Source: an uncultured delta proteobacterium (GTDB taxonomy: Bacteria > Myxococcota_A > Polyangia > Polyangiales > Polyangiaceae). Taken from it: a stretch of DNA of 64,000 bases. The DNA lies in contig CAWJCS010000005.1 in assembly GCA_963841435.1 (NCBI GenBank), positions 928,001-992,000 on the forward strand. Direction: 5' to 3'. The notes beneath the pieces are model-generated. The model saw only the letters and a program-made list of their open reading frames with translations, was not told the origin of the DNA and did not search any database. Below, in pieces: positions 27,893 to 38,682 of the stretch. A program made the translations under genes and the position numbers. Each line of letters starts with the position of its first letter. Positions within the stretch are counted from its first letter, which is position 1.

Positions 27893-29603
27893 GCATGTAA
27901 CCCATGAGCGAGCGCAGCGTGTCGGTATCGCGGTCGAAGTCCTGCCAGTCGAAGTCGGCGGCCCAGAAGCGCCCGCGCCCGACGTTGCGATAGCCGAGGC
28001 CCGCGTGGTTCGCGTCCCAGCCCGCGAGGGGCGTGATGAACGGATACCCGCTCACGGAGAAGCCACAACCGCTTTCGGACTGGGTGATCGCCACGAATGG
28101 GTTGTCGATCCAAAACCGGTCCATCGGCGAGAACTGGACGACTGTCGGGACGTTGTCGAGACACCCGCCGAGCTCGATGGCGCTCGGTACGATGTCCGGA
28201 AACACCACGTTCCAGAGGGCCGCACTGACGCTGTACTCCGTGATCACGATGCCGCCGCCCTGCAGATAGCCGCGCAGGGTGCTCGACACCGCGCTTGCCC
28301 CGTAGCGGGTCACCATCAGCGCCTGGGTGTCGTTCGTCGGCGCGCACCCCGAAAGCAGCGCGAGATTCGCGCCCGCGGGAAAGAACGTCCTCACGTCGCG
28401 GTCGGACGTGCCGCACAGCATGACGTTCGGTCGGAGCGAGGCATCGATGGGCGCGCCCGTGCACGCGAGGTCGCCCGCGGCGGTGCAGGAGCTGTCGAGG
28501 CCGTAGTCCTGCGGGCCCTCGACCTGTGCGCACACCGACAGGACCTGTTCGGCGCCCCCCGGGTAGAAGAGCGCCTGCCGCAGGCCGCTCGTGAGCAAGG
28601 TGAACGACCGAGCACCCTCGTAGCCGCCGAGCTGGCACCACCAATCGGGGAATTCGTCCGTGTTGCTCGAGCAGTCCCCACCCGCGAACGCGTCGGGAAC
28701 GTCTTTGCCGCACACGGTCGAGAGCAGGCAGCTCCCGTCGAGCTGCGGCTCGTCGTTGCCTCGGCACTGACAGTACGGAAGCGACCAGCCTGCGGGACAG
28801 CTGCAGGTCGGCACGTCGGAGACCAGCGAGCAGGTGCCACCGTTGAGACACGGGTTCGGGTCACCGCAGTCGCCGACCGCCGTTTCGCAGAGCGCGCCCG
28901 TGTAGCCGGCCGGGCAGGCACAGCTGAAGTTCTGTCCGGAGCCGCTGCAAATGCCGCTGTTCTTGCAGGGGTTCGGGCTACACGGATCGTCGACGTTCTG
29001 GCAATCGTGTCCGGAGAAACCGGACGGGCACAGGCAGTCGTACCCGTCAACGCGGTCGACGCACGCGCCGCCGTTCTTGCACGGCATGGAGGCGCAATCG
29101 TCGATGTCCCTTTCGCAGTACGTGCCCGCGTAGCCCGGGTCGCACACGCACTCGAACCGAGCGACCTGGTCCACGCACTTGCCGTTCCTGCACGGGTTGC
29201 CGGCGCACTCGTCGATGTCAACGCTGCAGTCGAACCCCTCGTAACCGGCGGGGCAGCTGCAATAATACCCTCCGGGATAGCTCACGCAGACGCCGGAATT
29301 CGCGCAGGGGCTCGGGTCGCAGAAGATCGCGCCGCCCGTGCCGGCGGGGCCGCCGCCGGCTCCCGCCTGGATGGAGCCGCCCGCGCCGCCGCTGTTGCCA
29401 CCGCTGCCACCACCACCCTTGCCGCCGATCCCGCCGGTGCCCGCGCCAGCCGTGCCCGCGCTCTCCTCCTCGAGCTGGAGCAGCGTCGTGCGTCCGCCGA
29501 GGCAGCCCGAATAAAAGAGCAGCGACAGCGCGCCGATCCGCACCAAACCGGACCACGCCGAGTCCGAACCAAGGTCCCTTCGGGACCGAAACGAGCCTCC
29601 CAC
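27876..29603 (-). CDS. Exported protein with tandem EGF-like (including calcium-binding-type) repeats
   Basis: About five EGF modules, e.g. DIDECAGNPCRNGKCVDQVARFECVCDPGYAGTYCE; start uncertain. Confidence 0.85.
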   Translation of the reverse strand: MGGSFRSRRDLGSDSAWSGLVRIGALSLLFYSGCLGGRTTLLQLEEESAGTAGAGTGGIGGKGGGGSGGNSGGAGGSIQAGAGGGPAGTGGAIFCDPSPCANSGVCVSYPGGYYCSCPAGYEGFDCSVDIDECAGNPCRNGKCVDQVARFECVCDPGYAGTYCERDIDDCASMPCKNGGACVDRVDGYDCLCPSGFSGHDCQNVDDPCSPNPCKNSGICSGSGQNFSCACPAGYTGALCETAVGDCGDPNPCLNGGTCSLVSDVPTCSCPAGWSLPYCQCRGNDEPQLDGSCLLSTVCGKDVPDAFAGGDCSSNTDEFPDWWCQLGGYEGARSFTLLTSGLRQALFYPGGAEQVLSVCAQVEGPQDYGLDSSCTAAGDLACTGAPIDASLRPNVMLCGTSDRDVRTFFPAGANLALLSGCAPTNDTQALMVTRYGASAVSSTLRGYLQGGGIVITEYSVSAALWNVVFPDIVPSAIELGGCLDNVPTVVQFSPMDRFWIDNPFVAITQSESGCGFSVSGYPFITPLAGWDANHAGLGYRNVGRGRFWAADFDWQDFDRDTDTLRSLMGYMLTHRR

Positions 29604-29668
29604 AGCCCGTTTAGCCTCCTCGTGCCCCAGCGCCCTGTCAAGGGCCGACCTCGCCCGCCCGGTGTTCG

Positions 29669-30796
29669 TCAGAAGGTGTCGCTGGGCGCCGGGGCGAGAC
29701 CCGTGGCTTCGAGGTGGTAGGTGAAGCCGAAGACGAGCGTCGTCGCGACGTCGCCTGCGACGATGCGGCGAAGCGCCACGTTGACGTCGAAGGCGCGGTC
29801 GATGTACCCGAGGCCCCCGGACAGCGCGTGGGTCTTCTGGCCCGCGTCGTAGCGATACCCGAGCCGCGCGGCGACGTGATCGGCGAACAGCCCCTCGAGA
29901 CCGAGCATCGGGCGCACCGTCGTTCGGTCCCAGGTCGTGAAATCGCCGACGATGTCCGCCTCGGCGCTGTAGTCACCGAACAGGAGACCGATGCCGCCGC
30001 TCACGCTCGTGGGCTGGAAGCCCGTGTCGGGGTTGTTGAGATTGTTTCCCACGACGGAAAGCGCCACGTGCTTGCCGGCTTGAACCGTCGCGCCGGCGTC
30101 GAGCGCGAAGCCCTTGACAATGCGCGTATCGGGGAGCCCGCTCGACGCCGCGCTCGCGCCGAGGGGTCCGGCGCCGTTCTCGTTGAGCCACATGTAGCGA
30201 CCGCCGATGCCCATGAAGAACTCATCGGCGACGGGATACGCGAGCGCGAAGCGCAGATCGGTCCAGCGCCGATCGATGCCGTCGGTGTCCTGGAAGTTGT
30301 AGGTGGCGCCGACACCGCCCGCGACGCGCGCGCTGGAAACCAGTGAATCGACCGCAGCGGCGCCGTAGCTCTGGCGGCTCGCTTCGGGTCCGATGTTGGC
30401 GAACGCGCCCACGTGATAGACACGTGCCGCCGTGAGGTTCGCCGGGTTCACGAACAGCGCGTGCACCGAGCTGCTGAGCGCGCGCACGGCACCCCCCGTC
30501 CCGGCGATGCGCGGCGTCTCGACCTCGTCGTAGTTGTACCCGACCTCGGGCGGCAGGTCGCTCGGTGCGGCGAACGAAAGCGAGGTTTCGCAGACGACGG
30601 CCGCGAGCCCGAGCCCGATCGTGACGAGCCGTCGCGCCGGACGCGCGAAGCCGCGAGCGCACGACGCTCGTTTCGATCCTGGGATCACCCGGCGAGCGGT
30701 AGCGCCATCGGCGGGCCTTGGGCAAGAAAACGGACGATGGCGCGTAACGGCCGTTCGGCCTGTGAAGGATTCTCGGAACACCCCTTGACGCCGCAA
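29669..30796 (-). CDS. Putative outer-membrane beta-barrel protein (true start probably downstream of 30796)
   Basis: ALFVNPANL motif, alternating strands, RLGYRYD, SGGLGY. Confidence 0.65.
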   Translation of the reverse strand: MRRQGVFRESFTGRTAVTRHRPFSCPRPADGATARRVIPGSKRASCARGFARPARRLVTIGLGLAAVVCETSLSFAAPSDLPPEVGYNYDEVETPRIAGTGGAVRALSSSVHALFVNPANLTAARVYHVGAFANIGPEASRQSYGAAAVDSLVSSARVAGGVGATYNFQDTDGIDRRWTDLRFALAYPVADEFFMGIGGRYMWLNENGAGPLGASAASSGLPDTRIVKGFALDAGATVQAGKHVALSVVGNNLNNPDTGFQPTSVSGGIGLLFGDYSAEADIVGDFTTWDRTTVRPMLGLEGLFADHVAARLGYRYDAGQKTHALSGGLGYIDRAFDVNVALRRIVAGDVATTLVFGFTYHLEATGLAPAPSDTF

Positions 30797-31110
30797 ACAG
30801 CGGTTCTTGATGCCGCGCGCGTGTGGCAGCGCTGGGGCGCGAACGAATTGGTGACGGAGTCTGGGAGGTTACTGATCGCGCTCGGCATGCACCGTTTGCA
30901 AACCGTGGTGGTAGGCGATCGTGCTGCTCAGGATCCGGCGTCAATGTCGCGGCGTCGTCAGCGTGTGCATTGACCCATTGAACTTCCAACGAGGTCGGTG
31001 GTAGGCGCGCCTATGGTTGACGTTCGGACCGTGCGCGAGGCGAAGGCCGGAAGCTTCCAACCGAGTCCTAACGTCTGGTGGACTTGTCTTGAAAGCGTGC
31101 GAAACTTTTG

Positions 31111-31132
31111 CTCTCCACAGCCCTGTGGACAA
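31111..31132. promoter_or_regulatory. Pair of oppositely oriented DnaA boxes upstream of dnaA
   Basis: CTCTCCACA (31111-31119) and TGTGGACAA (31124-31132, reverse complement TTGTCCACA). Confidence 0.7.
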
Positions 31133-31144
31133 GATGGGGACTCG

Positions 31145-32597
31145 ATGAGCGTGACGCCCGAACGACCTCTCGTGCCCATGGACGCCGCACGCCAGGTTCA
31201 AAAAGCCTTCGCCGCGGCCGCGGAACAGACCCGTCGTCGCTCACCCGCGTCGTTCGATCAGTGGTTCTCGGGCGTTCAGCTCGACGGCGTCGATGGCAAG
31301 GTCCTCTTGCTCAGCGCGCGCGACGAGTTCGTGAGGGACTGGGTCCGCGACCACTTCCTCCCGGACCTGCTCGAGACCCTGCGCGCCCTGCTCGGGGAAG
31401 ACGGCGGCGCCCTCGACGTGCGCTGGCGCATCGCGCCCGATTCTCACGAGCCCGGTGAGCGCCGGGCGCCGGGCGACCCCGCCGCCGAGCGAGCTCAGGC
31501 GCTCGTCGCGTCCCCCCGAGCCCATCGGCCGGCCCCGCTCGGTGGCACCGGCGCGCGGCAACCTCGCCGAGGCGCTCAATCCCAAGCACACCTTCACGAA
31601 CTTCGTCGTCGGGCCCTCGAACGAGCTCGCCTACGCGGCCGCCCTCGCGTCCGCGGCCGGCGGGCGGCCCCGCTACAATCCGCTGTTCATCGCCGGCGGC
31701 ACCGGCCTCGGCAAGACGCACCTGATGCACGCCATCGCGCACCAGGTGCTGTCCGACCGACCCGAGACCCGCGTCGTGTACCTCTCGGCCGAGCACTTCA
31801 CGAACGCGTTCATCGAGGCGCTCCAGCACCACAAGATGGATGAGTTCCGGGCACGCTACCGCGCCCAGTGCGACCTCTTGCTCGTCGACGACATCCAGTT
31901 TCTCGCCGGGCGCGAGCAGACGCAGGAAGAGTTCTTCCACACCTTCAACGCCCTGCATGACGCCGATCGCCTCATCGTCGTGACGAGCGACAAGTATCCC
32001 CAGCAGCTCCAGCGCATGCCGGAGCGTCTGGTTTCGCGCTTCGGCTCCGGGCTCGTGGCCGACATCCAGGTGCCGCAGCTCGAGACCCGCGTCGCCATCG
32101 TGCGCAAGAAGGCGGCCCTCGAGGACATCGTGCTTTCCGACGAGGTCGCCGTGCTGCTCGCCCAGGGCGTCGCAAGCAACGTTCGGGAGCTCGAGGGCGC
32201 GCTCATCCGCCTCGCGGCCAAGGCGTCGCTCACGGGGCGCCCCATCGACGAGGATTTCGTGCGCGCCGAGATGGCGCTCGTGTTGCCGCGCCGTCCCGAG
32301 ATGATGAGCGTCGAGGACATCCAGCGCGCGGTGTGCAGCCACTTTCGCCTCTCGAACTCGGAATTGTTGAGCAAGGATCGCCACAAGAGCGTCGCCTTCG
32401 CGCGCCAGGTCGCGATGTACGTCTGCCGTCAGCGCCTGAAGTCGAGCTTCCCCGAGCTCGGCCGCGCCTTCGGCAACCGCGACCACACCACGGTGATGAG
32501 CGCCGTGCGCCGCGTCGAAACCCTGCGCCAGCGCGACCCGCAGGTGAACGCGCACCTCGAAGCGATCGAGCAGAAACTCGCGTCCTCCGAGGAGTGA
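31145..32597 (+). CDS. dnaA: Chromosomal replication initiator DnaA (frameshift in the domain II linker, ~31440-31560)
   Basis: Domain I (SFDQWF...RDEFVRDWV) in one frame; LNPKHTFTNFVVG, GGTGLGKTHL, DDIQFL, RDHTTV in the 31455..32597 frame. Confidence 0.93.
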
Positions 32598-32639
32598 AGC
32601 GAGCCCGCGCGGCGCGGGGCCCGCCGCCCCGGGGCGCCC

Positions 32640-34469
32640 TCAGCCGCCCGTGCCGTACATGGATTCGGCGAGCTCGAACGTCGCGGACTCGAGCCGGCTG
32701 TAGGCCTCGCGCAGGGCATCGAGCGGCGCGCTGCTCTTCAAGAGCTCCTTGAGCGCCGCGGCTTCCTGGCGCACGCCGTCGAGCTTGTCGGCGTCGATCA
32801 GATCGGCGTAGCCGTCGAGCGCCTGCTCCGTCGTGTAGACGAGCGTCTCGGCCTGGTTGCGCATTTCGGCGAGGTCGCGGCGGAGTTGATCCGACTCCTT
32901 GTAGCGCTCGCCCTCGTGGATGAGCGCGTCGATCTCGTCGGGCGCGAGCCCGCTCGTGGCCTTGACGCTCACCGATTGCGTCCGGCCCGTGCCGAGGTCC
33001 TTCGCCTCGACGGCTAGGATGCCGTTGGCGTCGACGCGGAAGGTGACCTGGATCTTCGGGACGCCGCGCGGCGCGGGCGGGATGCCCGTGAGCTCGAACT
33101 GCGCGAGGCTGCGGTTGTCGCCCGCCATCTCGCGCTCGCCCTGCAGCACGTGCACGGGAACGAACGACTGGTTGTCGAGGCTCGTCGTGAAGATCTCGCT
33201 GCGCTCGGTGGGGACGGTGGTGTTGCGCGGGATGAGCCGCGTGAAGACGCCGCCGCCCGTTTCGACGCCGATCGAGAGCGGTGTCACGTCGAGCAGGAGA
33301 ACCTCCTCGATTTGCCCGCCGAGCGCGGCGCCCTGGAGCGCCGCGCCGACCGCAACGACCTCGTCGGGGTTCACGCCCTTGTGCGGCTCGCGCTCGAAGA
33401 ATTCCTTCACGGCGCGCTGCACGGCGGGCATGCGCGTCATCCCACCGACGAGCACGACCTGCCCCACTTCCTTGACGGTGAGCTTCGCGTCGGCGAGCAC
33501 GCTCTGGCACGCCTGAATCGTGCGCGCGACGAGCGACGCCGTGATGATCTCGAGCTCGCTGCGCTTGAGCGTCCGCTCGAGATGGAGCGGCCCCGAAGGT
33601 CCCGTCGCGACGAAGGGAATATTGATGCTCGTCTCGAGCGACGACGAAAGCTCGTGCTTGGCCTTCTCGGCAGCTTCCTTGAGACGCTGCAGCGCGACGC
33701 GATCCTTGCGCAGATCGGGGCCGTGTGCCGCCGCGAACTCCTCGCAGAGCTTGTTCATCACGTGCTGGTCGAAGTCCTCGCCGCCGAGGTGCGTATCGCC
33801 GCCCGTCGCCTTCACGCTGAAGACGCCGCCCGCGAGCTGGAGGATCGAGATATCGAAGGTGCCTCCGCCGAGATCGTACACGGCGATCACCTCGTGCTGC
33901 TGCTTGTCGAGGCCGTAGGCGAGCGCCGCCGCCGTGGGCTCGTTGAGGATGCGCTTCACGTCGAGCCCGGCGATGCGACCCGCATCTTTCGTGGCCTGGC
34001 GCTGAGCGTCGTCGAAATACGCGGGGACGGTGACGACCGCTTCGCTGACGGGCTCGCCGAGGTACGTCTCGGCGATCTGGCGCATGGTCGTGAGCACGTA
34101 GCTCGACACTTCGGGTGGAGAGAGCTTCTTGCCCTGGACCTCCACCCACGCGTCACCGTTGTCGTGCGCGACGACGGTATACGGCACGGACGACGCCTGG
34201 TGCTGCGCCGCCGGCGACTCGAACCGCTGGCCCATGAGGCGCTTCACCGCATAGACCGTGTTGGTCGGATTGGTCGTCGCCTGCCGGCGCGCCACCTGCC
34301 CAACGAGCCGCTCGCCGCTCGCCGTGAAGCCGATCACGGACGCGGTCGTACGCGCGCCCTCGGCGTTGGGGATGACCTTAACCTCGGGCAGCCCGCTGGC
34401 GCTCACGCCTTCGACGACCGCCACGCAGGAGTTCGTCGTTCCTAGATCGATTCCGACAATCTTCCCCAT
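32640..34469 (-). CDS. dnaK: Hsp70 chaperone DnaK
   Basis: GIDLGTTNS, TVPAYF, NEPTAAA, DLGGGTFD, LLDVTPLS. Confidence 0.97.
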   Translation of the reverse strand: MGKIVGIDLGTTNSCVAVVEGVSASGLPEVKVIPNAEGARTTASVIGFTASGERLVGQVARRQATTNPTNTVYAVKRLMGQRFESPAAQHQASSVPYTVVAHDNGDAWVEVQGKKLSPPEVSSYVLTTMRQIAETYLGEPVSEAVVTVPAYFDDAQRQATKDAGRIAGLDVKRILNEPTAAALAYGLDKQQHEVIAVYDLGGGTFDISILQLAGGVFSVKATGGDTHLGGEDFDQHVMNKLCEEFAAAHGPDLRKDRVALQRLKEAAEKAKHELSSSLETSINIPFVATGPSGPLHLERTLKRSELEIITASLVARTIQACQSVLADAKLTVKEVGQVVLVGGMTRMPAVQRAVKEFFEREPHKGVNPDEVVAVGAALQGAALGGQIEEVLLLDVTPLSIGVETGGGVFTRLIPRNTTVPTERSEIFTTSLDNQSFVPVHVLQGEREMAGDNRSLAQFELTGIPPAPRGVPKIQVTFRVDANGILAVEAKDLGTGRTQSVSVKATSGLAPDEIDALIHEGERYKESDQLRRDLAEMRNQAETLVYTTEQALDGYADLIDADKLDGVRQEAAALKELLKSSAPLDALREAYSRLESATFELAESMYGTGG

Positions 34470-34548
34470 GTGCGCTTCTGGCGGGCCGGCCCACCGAGGG
34501 GGACCGTCCCGCTAGCCTAGGCTGAATCCTCCGTGGGTGCGAGCCTCG

Positions 34549-35094
34549 TCAGCTCGCTTGGGCCTTGGCGACCACCACCATGGCAGGTCTGAGTACGCGG
34601 TCGCTCGTGCGGTAGCCCGCTTGAAGCTCCATGGCGACCGACCCGGGCGGATAGTCCGACGTCTCCATGTGCTGCACGGCCTCGTGCACGGCGGGGTCGA
34701 ACGGGAGTCCGAGCGCCGGGATGCGCTCGATGCCGATCTTCGAGAGCGTGTCGAGAAACTGGCGGGTCACCATGGAGATCCCGTCGGCGAGCGCTTTCGC
34801 GTCGGTGGTCGTTTCGGCGTGGGCGGTCGCACGCTCCAGATTGTCGAAGACCGGCAGGAGCTCGCGCAGCACGTCCTCTCGCGCGAGCTTGGCGGTATCG
34901 CCGATCTCGCGTCGCGACCGCTTCTTGAAGTTGTCGAAGTCCGCCGCAAGCCTGAGGAGCTGGTCCTTGAGGCGCGCCGCTTCGGCTTGCGCCAACTCGG
35001 CGGGATCGAGCGGCGGCGTGTCGGGCGCCGGGTCGTCGAGGGTTTCGTCTGAGCCGTTCGGCACGGCTTCTCGGGGTGCGGTATCGTCGCCCAT
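34549..35094 (-). CDS. grpE: Nucleotide exchange factor GrpE
   Basis: LRLAADFDNFKKR, LLPVFDNLERA, FDPAVHEA, RVLRPAMVVVAK. Confidence 0.96.
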   Translation of the reverse strand: MGDDTAPREAVPNGSDETLDDPAPDTPPLDPAELAQAEAARLKDQLLRLAADFDNFKKRSRREIGDTAKLAREDVLRELLPVFDNLERATAHAETTTDAKALADGISMVTRQFLDTLSKIGIERIPALGLPFDPAVHEAVQHMETSDYPPGSVAMELQAGYRTSDRVLRPAMVVVAKAQAS

Positions 35095-35173
35095 GGGATT
35101 TCGGCAGTATAATCACCCGTTTCGGCTTGCCAACGGGCCATGCTGCGTGGGATTTTCGGGCCGAGTTCGTTCC

Positions 35174-35771
35174 GTGCAATACCGTGACGTTACGCTGCCC
35201 GGGCAGCTCCGACGCGCCCGAAAACTCTGGGTTTCGCTGGCGGGGCTGCTCTTCGTCGTGCTCGCGCACGGCCGTGCCTCCGCGCTCGAGACGCCGTTCA
35301 CCTCGGGCCGCACCCAAATCGTCGGCGGCCTGCGCTTCGGGTCCGACAACCTGAACTTCGGCATCGGCGCACGCGGCGGCTACACCCTGCCCCAGAACGT
35401 CTACATCGGGGGCATGTTCGATTACTTCTTCGGCGAGAGCAACGAGTTGAACAATCGCGGGCGTCCGTTCGGAATGGTCGTACAGCGCTTGGGTGCTCGC
35501 TGCCGAAGGTGGCTACGATTTCGCGATCACGAAAGAGCTCATGGTGCGGCCGTTCGGCGGCCTCGGCGTCGTGAGCTACGACACGGATTCGTGCACGAGG
35601 GGCCCGAACATCAACGTCTGCAGCGACGGCGGCGCCTCGGACGTGGCCCTTTTGCTCGGCGGCCTCATGAACTTCACCGCGGGACCGCTCATCATGGGGC
35701 CGGAGCTGCGCCTCCTCGTGTTCAACGACACGGCGTTCGTGCTCGGCGCGCACATCGGCGGCATCTTCTGA
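35174..35771 (+). CDS. Small outer-membrane beta-barrel protein (frameshift ~35450-35470)
   Basis: Signal peptide plus FGIGARGGYTL in one frame; AEGGYDF...AHIGGIF (terminal Phe) in the next. Confidence 0.7.
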
Positions 35772-35797
35772 CGGAGCGCCACGAGTGCGCCCCCGGG

Positions 35798-37042
35798 TCA
35801 GGGGCTGTCGAGATTCGTCATCGTCGGCGTGAAGGGCCGCACGTCAACGGTGGGTGCGCTGTCGGGAATCATCCAGATGCCGGGCACGAGACCGCCGAGG
35901 CCGATGGGCAGCGTGATGAGGCCCGCGACGCACATGTTGCTCGAGCCGCCGCTTCGACACCCGGCCGCCGTGAGCGCGGTGCCGGTCGCGACGGCGATGC
36001 CCGCGAAGGTCGTGATGAGGATGCCACCCACGAACTCGCCCGTGTTCCGCGGCTGGGCGCGGACCGCGAGGTGGTCGCTCTCGGTGTGCTCGCGTAGATC
36101 CGGTACCTCGATGTAGCTATTGCGCTGGAAAATGCCGGGGTCGTTCTTGAACGCGAACGGCATGGCCGGGTCAACCCACTTTTCGCACGGTGGGCGGCAC
36201 AGCGTGCGATCGCCCACGCTCACCTCCCACGGCACGTTGGGCTCGACCGGCAGGAAGCGCACCTTGACCATGCCGGGCGGCCCGCGGTCGGCGACCGTCG
36301 CCGGCAGCGGCTGCAAGAACACCTGGACCGGGGACGAGCACTCCGGGTGCGCCGCCGCATCGGTGCTTTCCTCGCAGTGCGCGGGAACGCCGGCCTCACG
36401 CAGGAGCGACTCTTCGCTCTCGTGCGAGCCGGAGGCGCTACCCATCGCGTTCACCTTGGCGTTGCCGCTCGCCGAGAAGGTACCACCCGAACGCAACTTG
36501 AAGGCGCCCACCGACAGCGCACCCACGACGTGCGTTGCGCCCCGACAGCTCGCGTCGGTGCCAACGTAGCGAGGCTCGAAATCCACGAGCTGCATCTGAC
36601 CGGACACCGTGGTCTGCACGGCGAGCCGCCCGGTGCGCTCGAGCTCGCCCTCGAGGGACACCGCGCCGAGCGGGAGCTTCGCGTAGAGATCGTCGGCATT
36701 GCGGATCTCGACGACGTCGGTCAACGTCGTCGTGCGGCGCCATTGATAGTTACCGCGCGCGCGGCACTGAGGAAGCAGGTGCATCTCGCAACCCGAGTAC
36801 GACACGACCACCGTGCCCGTCCTCAGCTGCACCTCGAGATTCGCCTTTTCGGAAGCCGGCCACTCCGTGACGAGCGGGCTTTCGTGGCTCGCTGCGACCC
36901 TGCATTTGGCTTGTCCCGTCGCGAGCTCCGGCATGCTCGCCGTGCTCGTTCCGGTGCGCGCCGGCATCAGATCGAGTGGGGAGCAGCCGAGCTTTAGGCT
37001 GGCGAGAAGGCACGTGAAGATCGATAGTCGCCCCGAACGCAC
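35798..37042 (-). CDS. Hypothetical lipoprotein with C-terminal TM helices
   Basis: KLGC lipobox, PLVTEW, VVVSYSGC, two C-terminal hydrophobic segments. Confidence 0.7.
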   Translation of the reverse strand: MRSGRLSIFTCLLASLKLGCSPLDLMPARTGTSTASMPELATGQAKCRVAASHESPLVTEWPASEKANLEVQLRTGTVVVSYSGCEMHLLPQCRARGNYQWRRTTTLTDVVEIRNADDLYAKLPLGAVSLEGELERTGRLAVQTTVSGQMQLVDFEPRYVGTDASCRGATHVVGALSVGAFKLRSGGTFSASGNAKVNAMGSASGSHESEESLLREAGVPAHCEESTDAAAHPECSSPVQVFLQPLPATVADRGPPGMVKVRFLPVEPNVPWEVSVGDRTLCRPPCEKWVDPAMPFAFKNDPGIFQRNSYIEVPDLREHTESDHLAVRAQPRNTGEFVGGILITTFAGIAVATGTALTAAGCRSGGSSNMCVAGLITLPIGLGGLVPGIWMIPDSAPTVDVRPFTPTMTNLDSP

Positions 37043-37050
37043 GATACCCC

Positions 37051-37614
37051 ATGCTAACCGGAACCCGCGCTTTCGCGATCACTCGATCGACACTGGCGGC
37101 GCTCTTCGCGCTCGGGTGTGGCGGAGGCGTGGCGGCGACGCCGCCCGCGAGCGCAGAGAGCCCCCTACTTGGTCGTACAGTTCCCGACCTTCGTCGCGTG
37201 GCGCTGGATGGCTCGCCCGTCGATCTCGTCGCACTGCGCGGGCGCGTCGTCGTCATCGAGTTCTTCGCGGAGCACTGCGTGCCCTGCGCCGTGGCGCTGC
37301 CCGCCGCGGAAGGCGCACATCGAGAGAGGCCGGAGGCATTTTTCCTCGGGGTCTCCGAAGACGACGACGCGAGCGGCGCCGCGCGGATGGTCGCGCGCCA
37401 CGGCGTTTCGTTTCCGGTGGTTCACGACGCGGGCAACGCCGTCGCGGGTCGGCTGCGAGTCAGCGAGCTGCCGGCGACGATCGTGGTCGACCGCGAGGGA
37501 AACGTGCGCTGGGTGAGCGGCAACGCCGCGAGGCAGAGCGAGCTCGTGACGGTGATCGATACCGCGGCGGCGGGAAGGCTCAATTCTCACACGGCCCCTG
37601 GCGCAGGACCGTGA
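37051..37614 (+). CDS. TlpA-family thioredoxin-like lipoprotein
   Basis: LRGRVVVIEFFAEHCVPC, LPATIVVDREG. Confidence 0.88.
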   Translation: MLTGTRAFAITRSTLAALFALGCGGGVAATPPASAESPLLGRTVPDLRRVALDGSPVDLVALRGRVVVIEFFAEHCVPCAVALPAAEGAHRERPEAFFLGVSEDDDASGAARMVARHGVSFPVVHDAGNAVAGRLRVSELPATIVVDREGNVRWVSGNAARQSELVTVIDTAAAGRLNSHTAPGAGP

Positions 37615-38591
37615 CGGCGCCGCCCGTGAGCCGCGCTTCGGATTTGGTGGCCTCGGGCGCCGGGAGGAACCAGCCGCCGAGGTTTTGCGGCAGCGCCCAG
37701 AAGTAGGGGGGCCCCTCGAGCGGCTCGCGCGCGACCTCGGTCACGGCGTCACGCCCGTACTCGCGGGTTTCGAGCCAGAAGCAGTGCCCGGCGCTCGCGG
37801 GCGCGAACAGGTGCGGCCGGCCCGCGCGCACCTCGACGCGTTCGCGCTCGATTTCTCGCCCCTCGGGATCCCGCGCCACGAGCGTATGCAGGCCCGCCGG
37901 CACGCTGAGCTCGCCGCCCGCCGCCGGGCTCTCGACGCTCGTCGGCTCGACCAAGAGCACGCGCTCACCGTCGAGCTCGATGCCGAGCGTCTCGCCCGTG
38001 ACGTTGACGACGCGCACGAGCGGCGCGACCTCGCCCTGAACGAGGAGCGGCAGGAGCGGACACACGAGAAGCCCGGGCAGGAGCGCGAGCGACAGGCGGC
38101 GTTCGCGGAACGTCACGCGTCGTTTCTCGACGCCGTTCAGCTTGGCAAGCTCGGCGGCGTAGCAATCGTTCGCGCACGAGAGCTCCCTCTCGCTCAGAAA
38201 CCGCACGGCGGGGCCGACGGCCGTGTGGCCGCGCGCGGGCACGCGGGGCAACAGCGCGACGACGAGCACCGGCAGGAGCGCCGCGAGCGCCGCTGAGCCG
38301 GCGGCGAGCGCAAAGGGCGGCGGCGGGGCGGCGAGCGGCAGCGAGAGTCCGACGGCGGCGCCGAAAAGCAGCGACGCCACGGTCCCGGCAATCCGCCGCG
38401 TGCGCTCGACGCCGAGGTGGCTCGCGCAATCGTCGCAATAGCCGACGACGAGCTCCGCGCCGCCCGGCCCCCGCGTCAGAATCGGAGAGCGTGGCGGGCT
38501 CCCCGCAGCAAGCGCAGCTCGAGGGGACGAGCGGCGCCGCTTTCGGCAGGCGCACCACGGCCCCAGCTCGTCGCGCGCGGGAGGACATCAC
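37580..38591 (-). CDS. Zn-ribbon membrane protein (frameshift ~38485)
   Basis: CACCGEPA in the 38591 frame; VGYCDDC plus TM helices in the 37580 frame. Confidence 0.6.
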
Positions 38592-38682
38592 GGAGCCCGA
38601 TACTAACCCGCGCGGCGGCGCCGCGGCGGCACGCTCGCCGATGGTTGCGCGGTTCGCGCGGGCGGCGTACTAGCGGCTGCTC

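Noticed and set aside
30790-31144. oriC upstream of dnaA
   Set aside because: Only two DnaA-box matches, no clear AT-rich unwinding element and no dnaN; not supportable without GC-skew data.
35095-35173. CIRCE/HrcA operator upstream of grpE-dnaK
   Set aside because: No TTAGCACTC-N9-GAGTGCTAA; only overlapping divergent -10-like boxes (TATACT/TATAAT) at 35106-35113.
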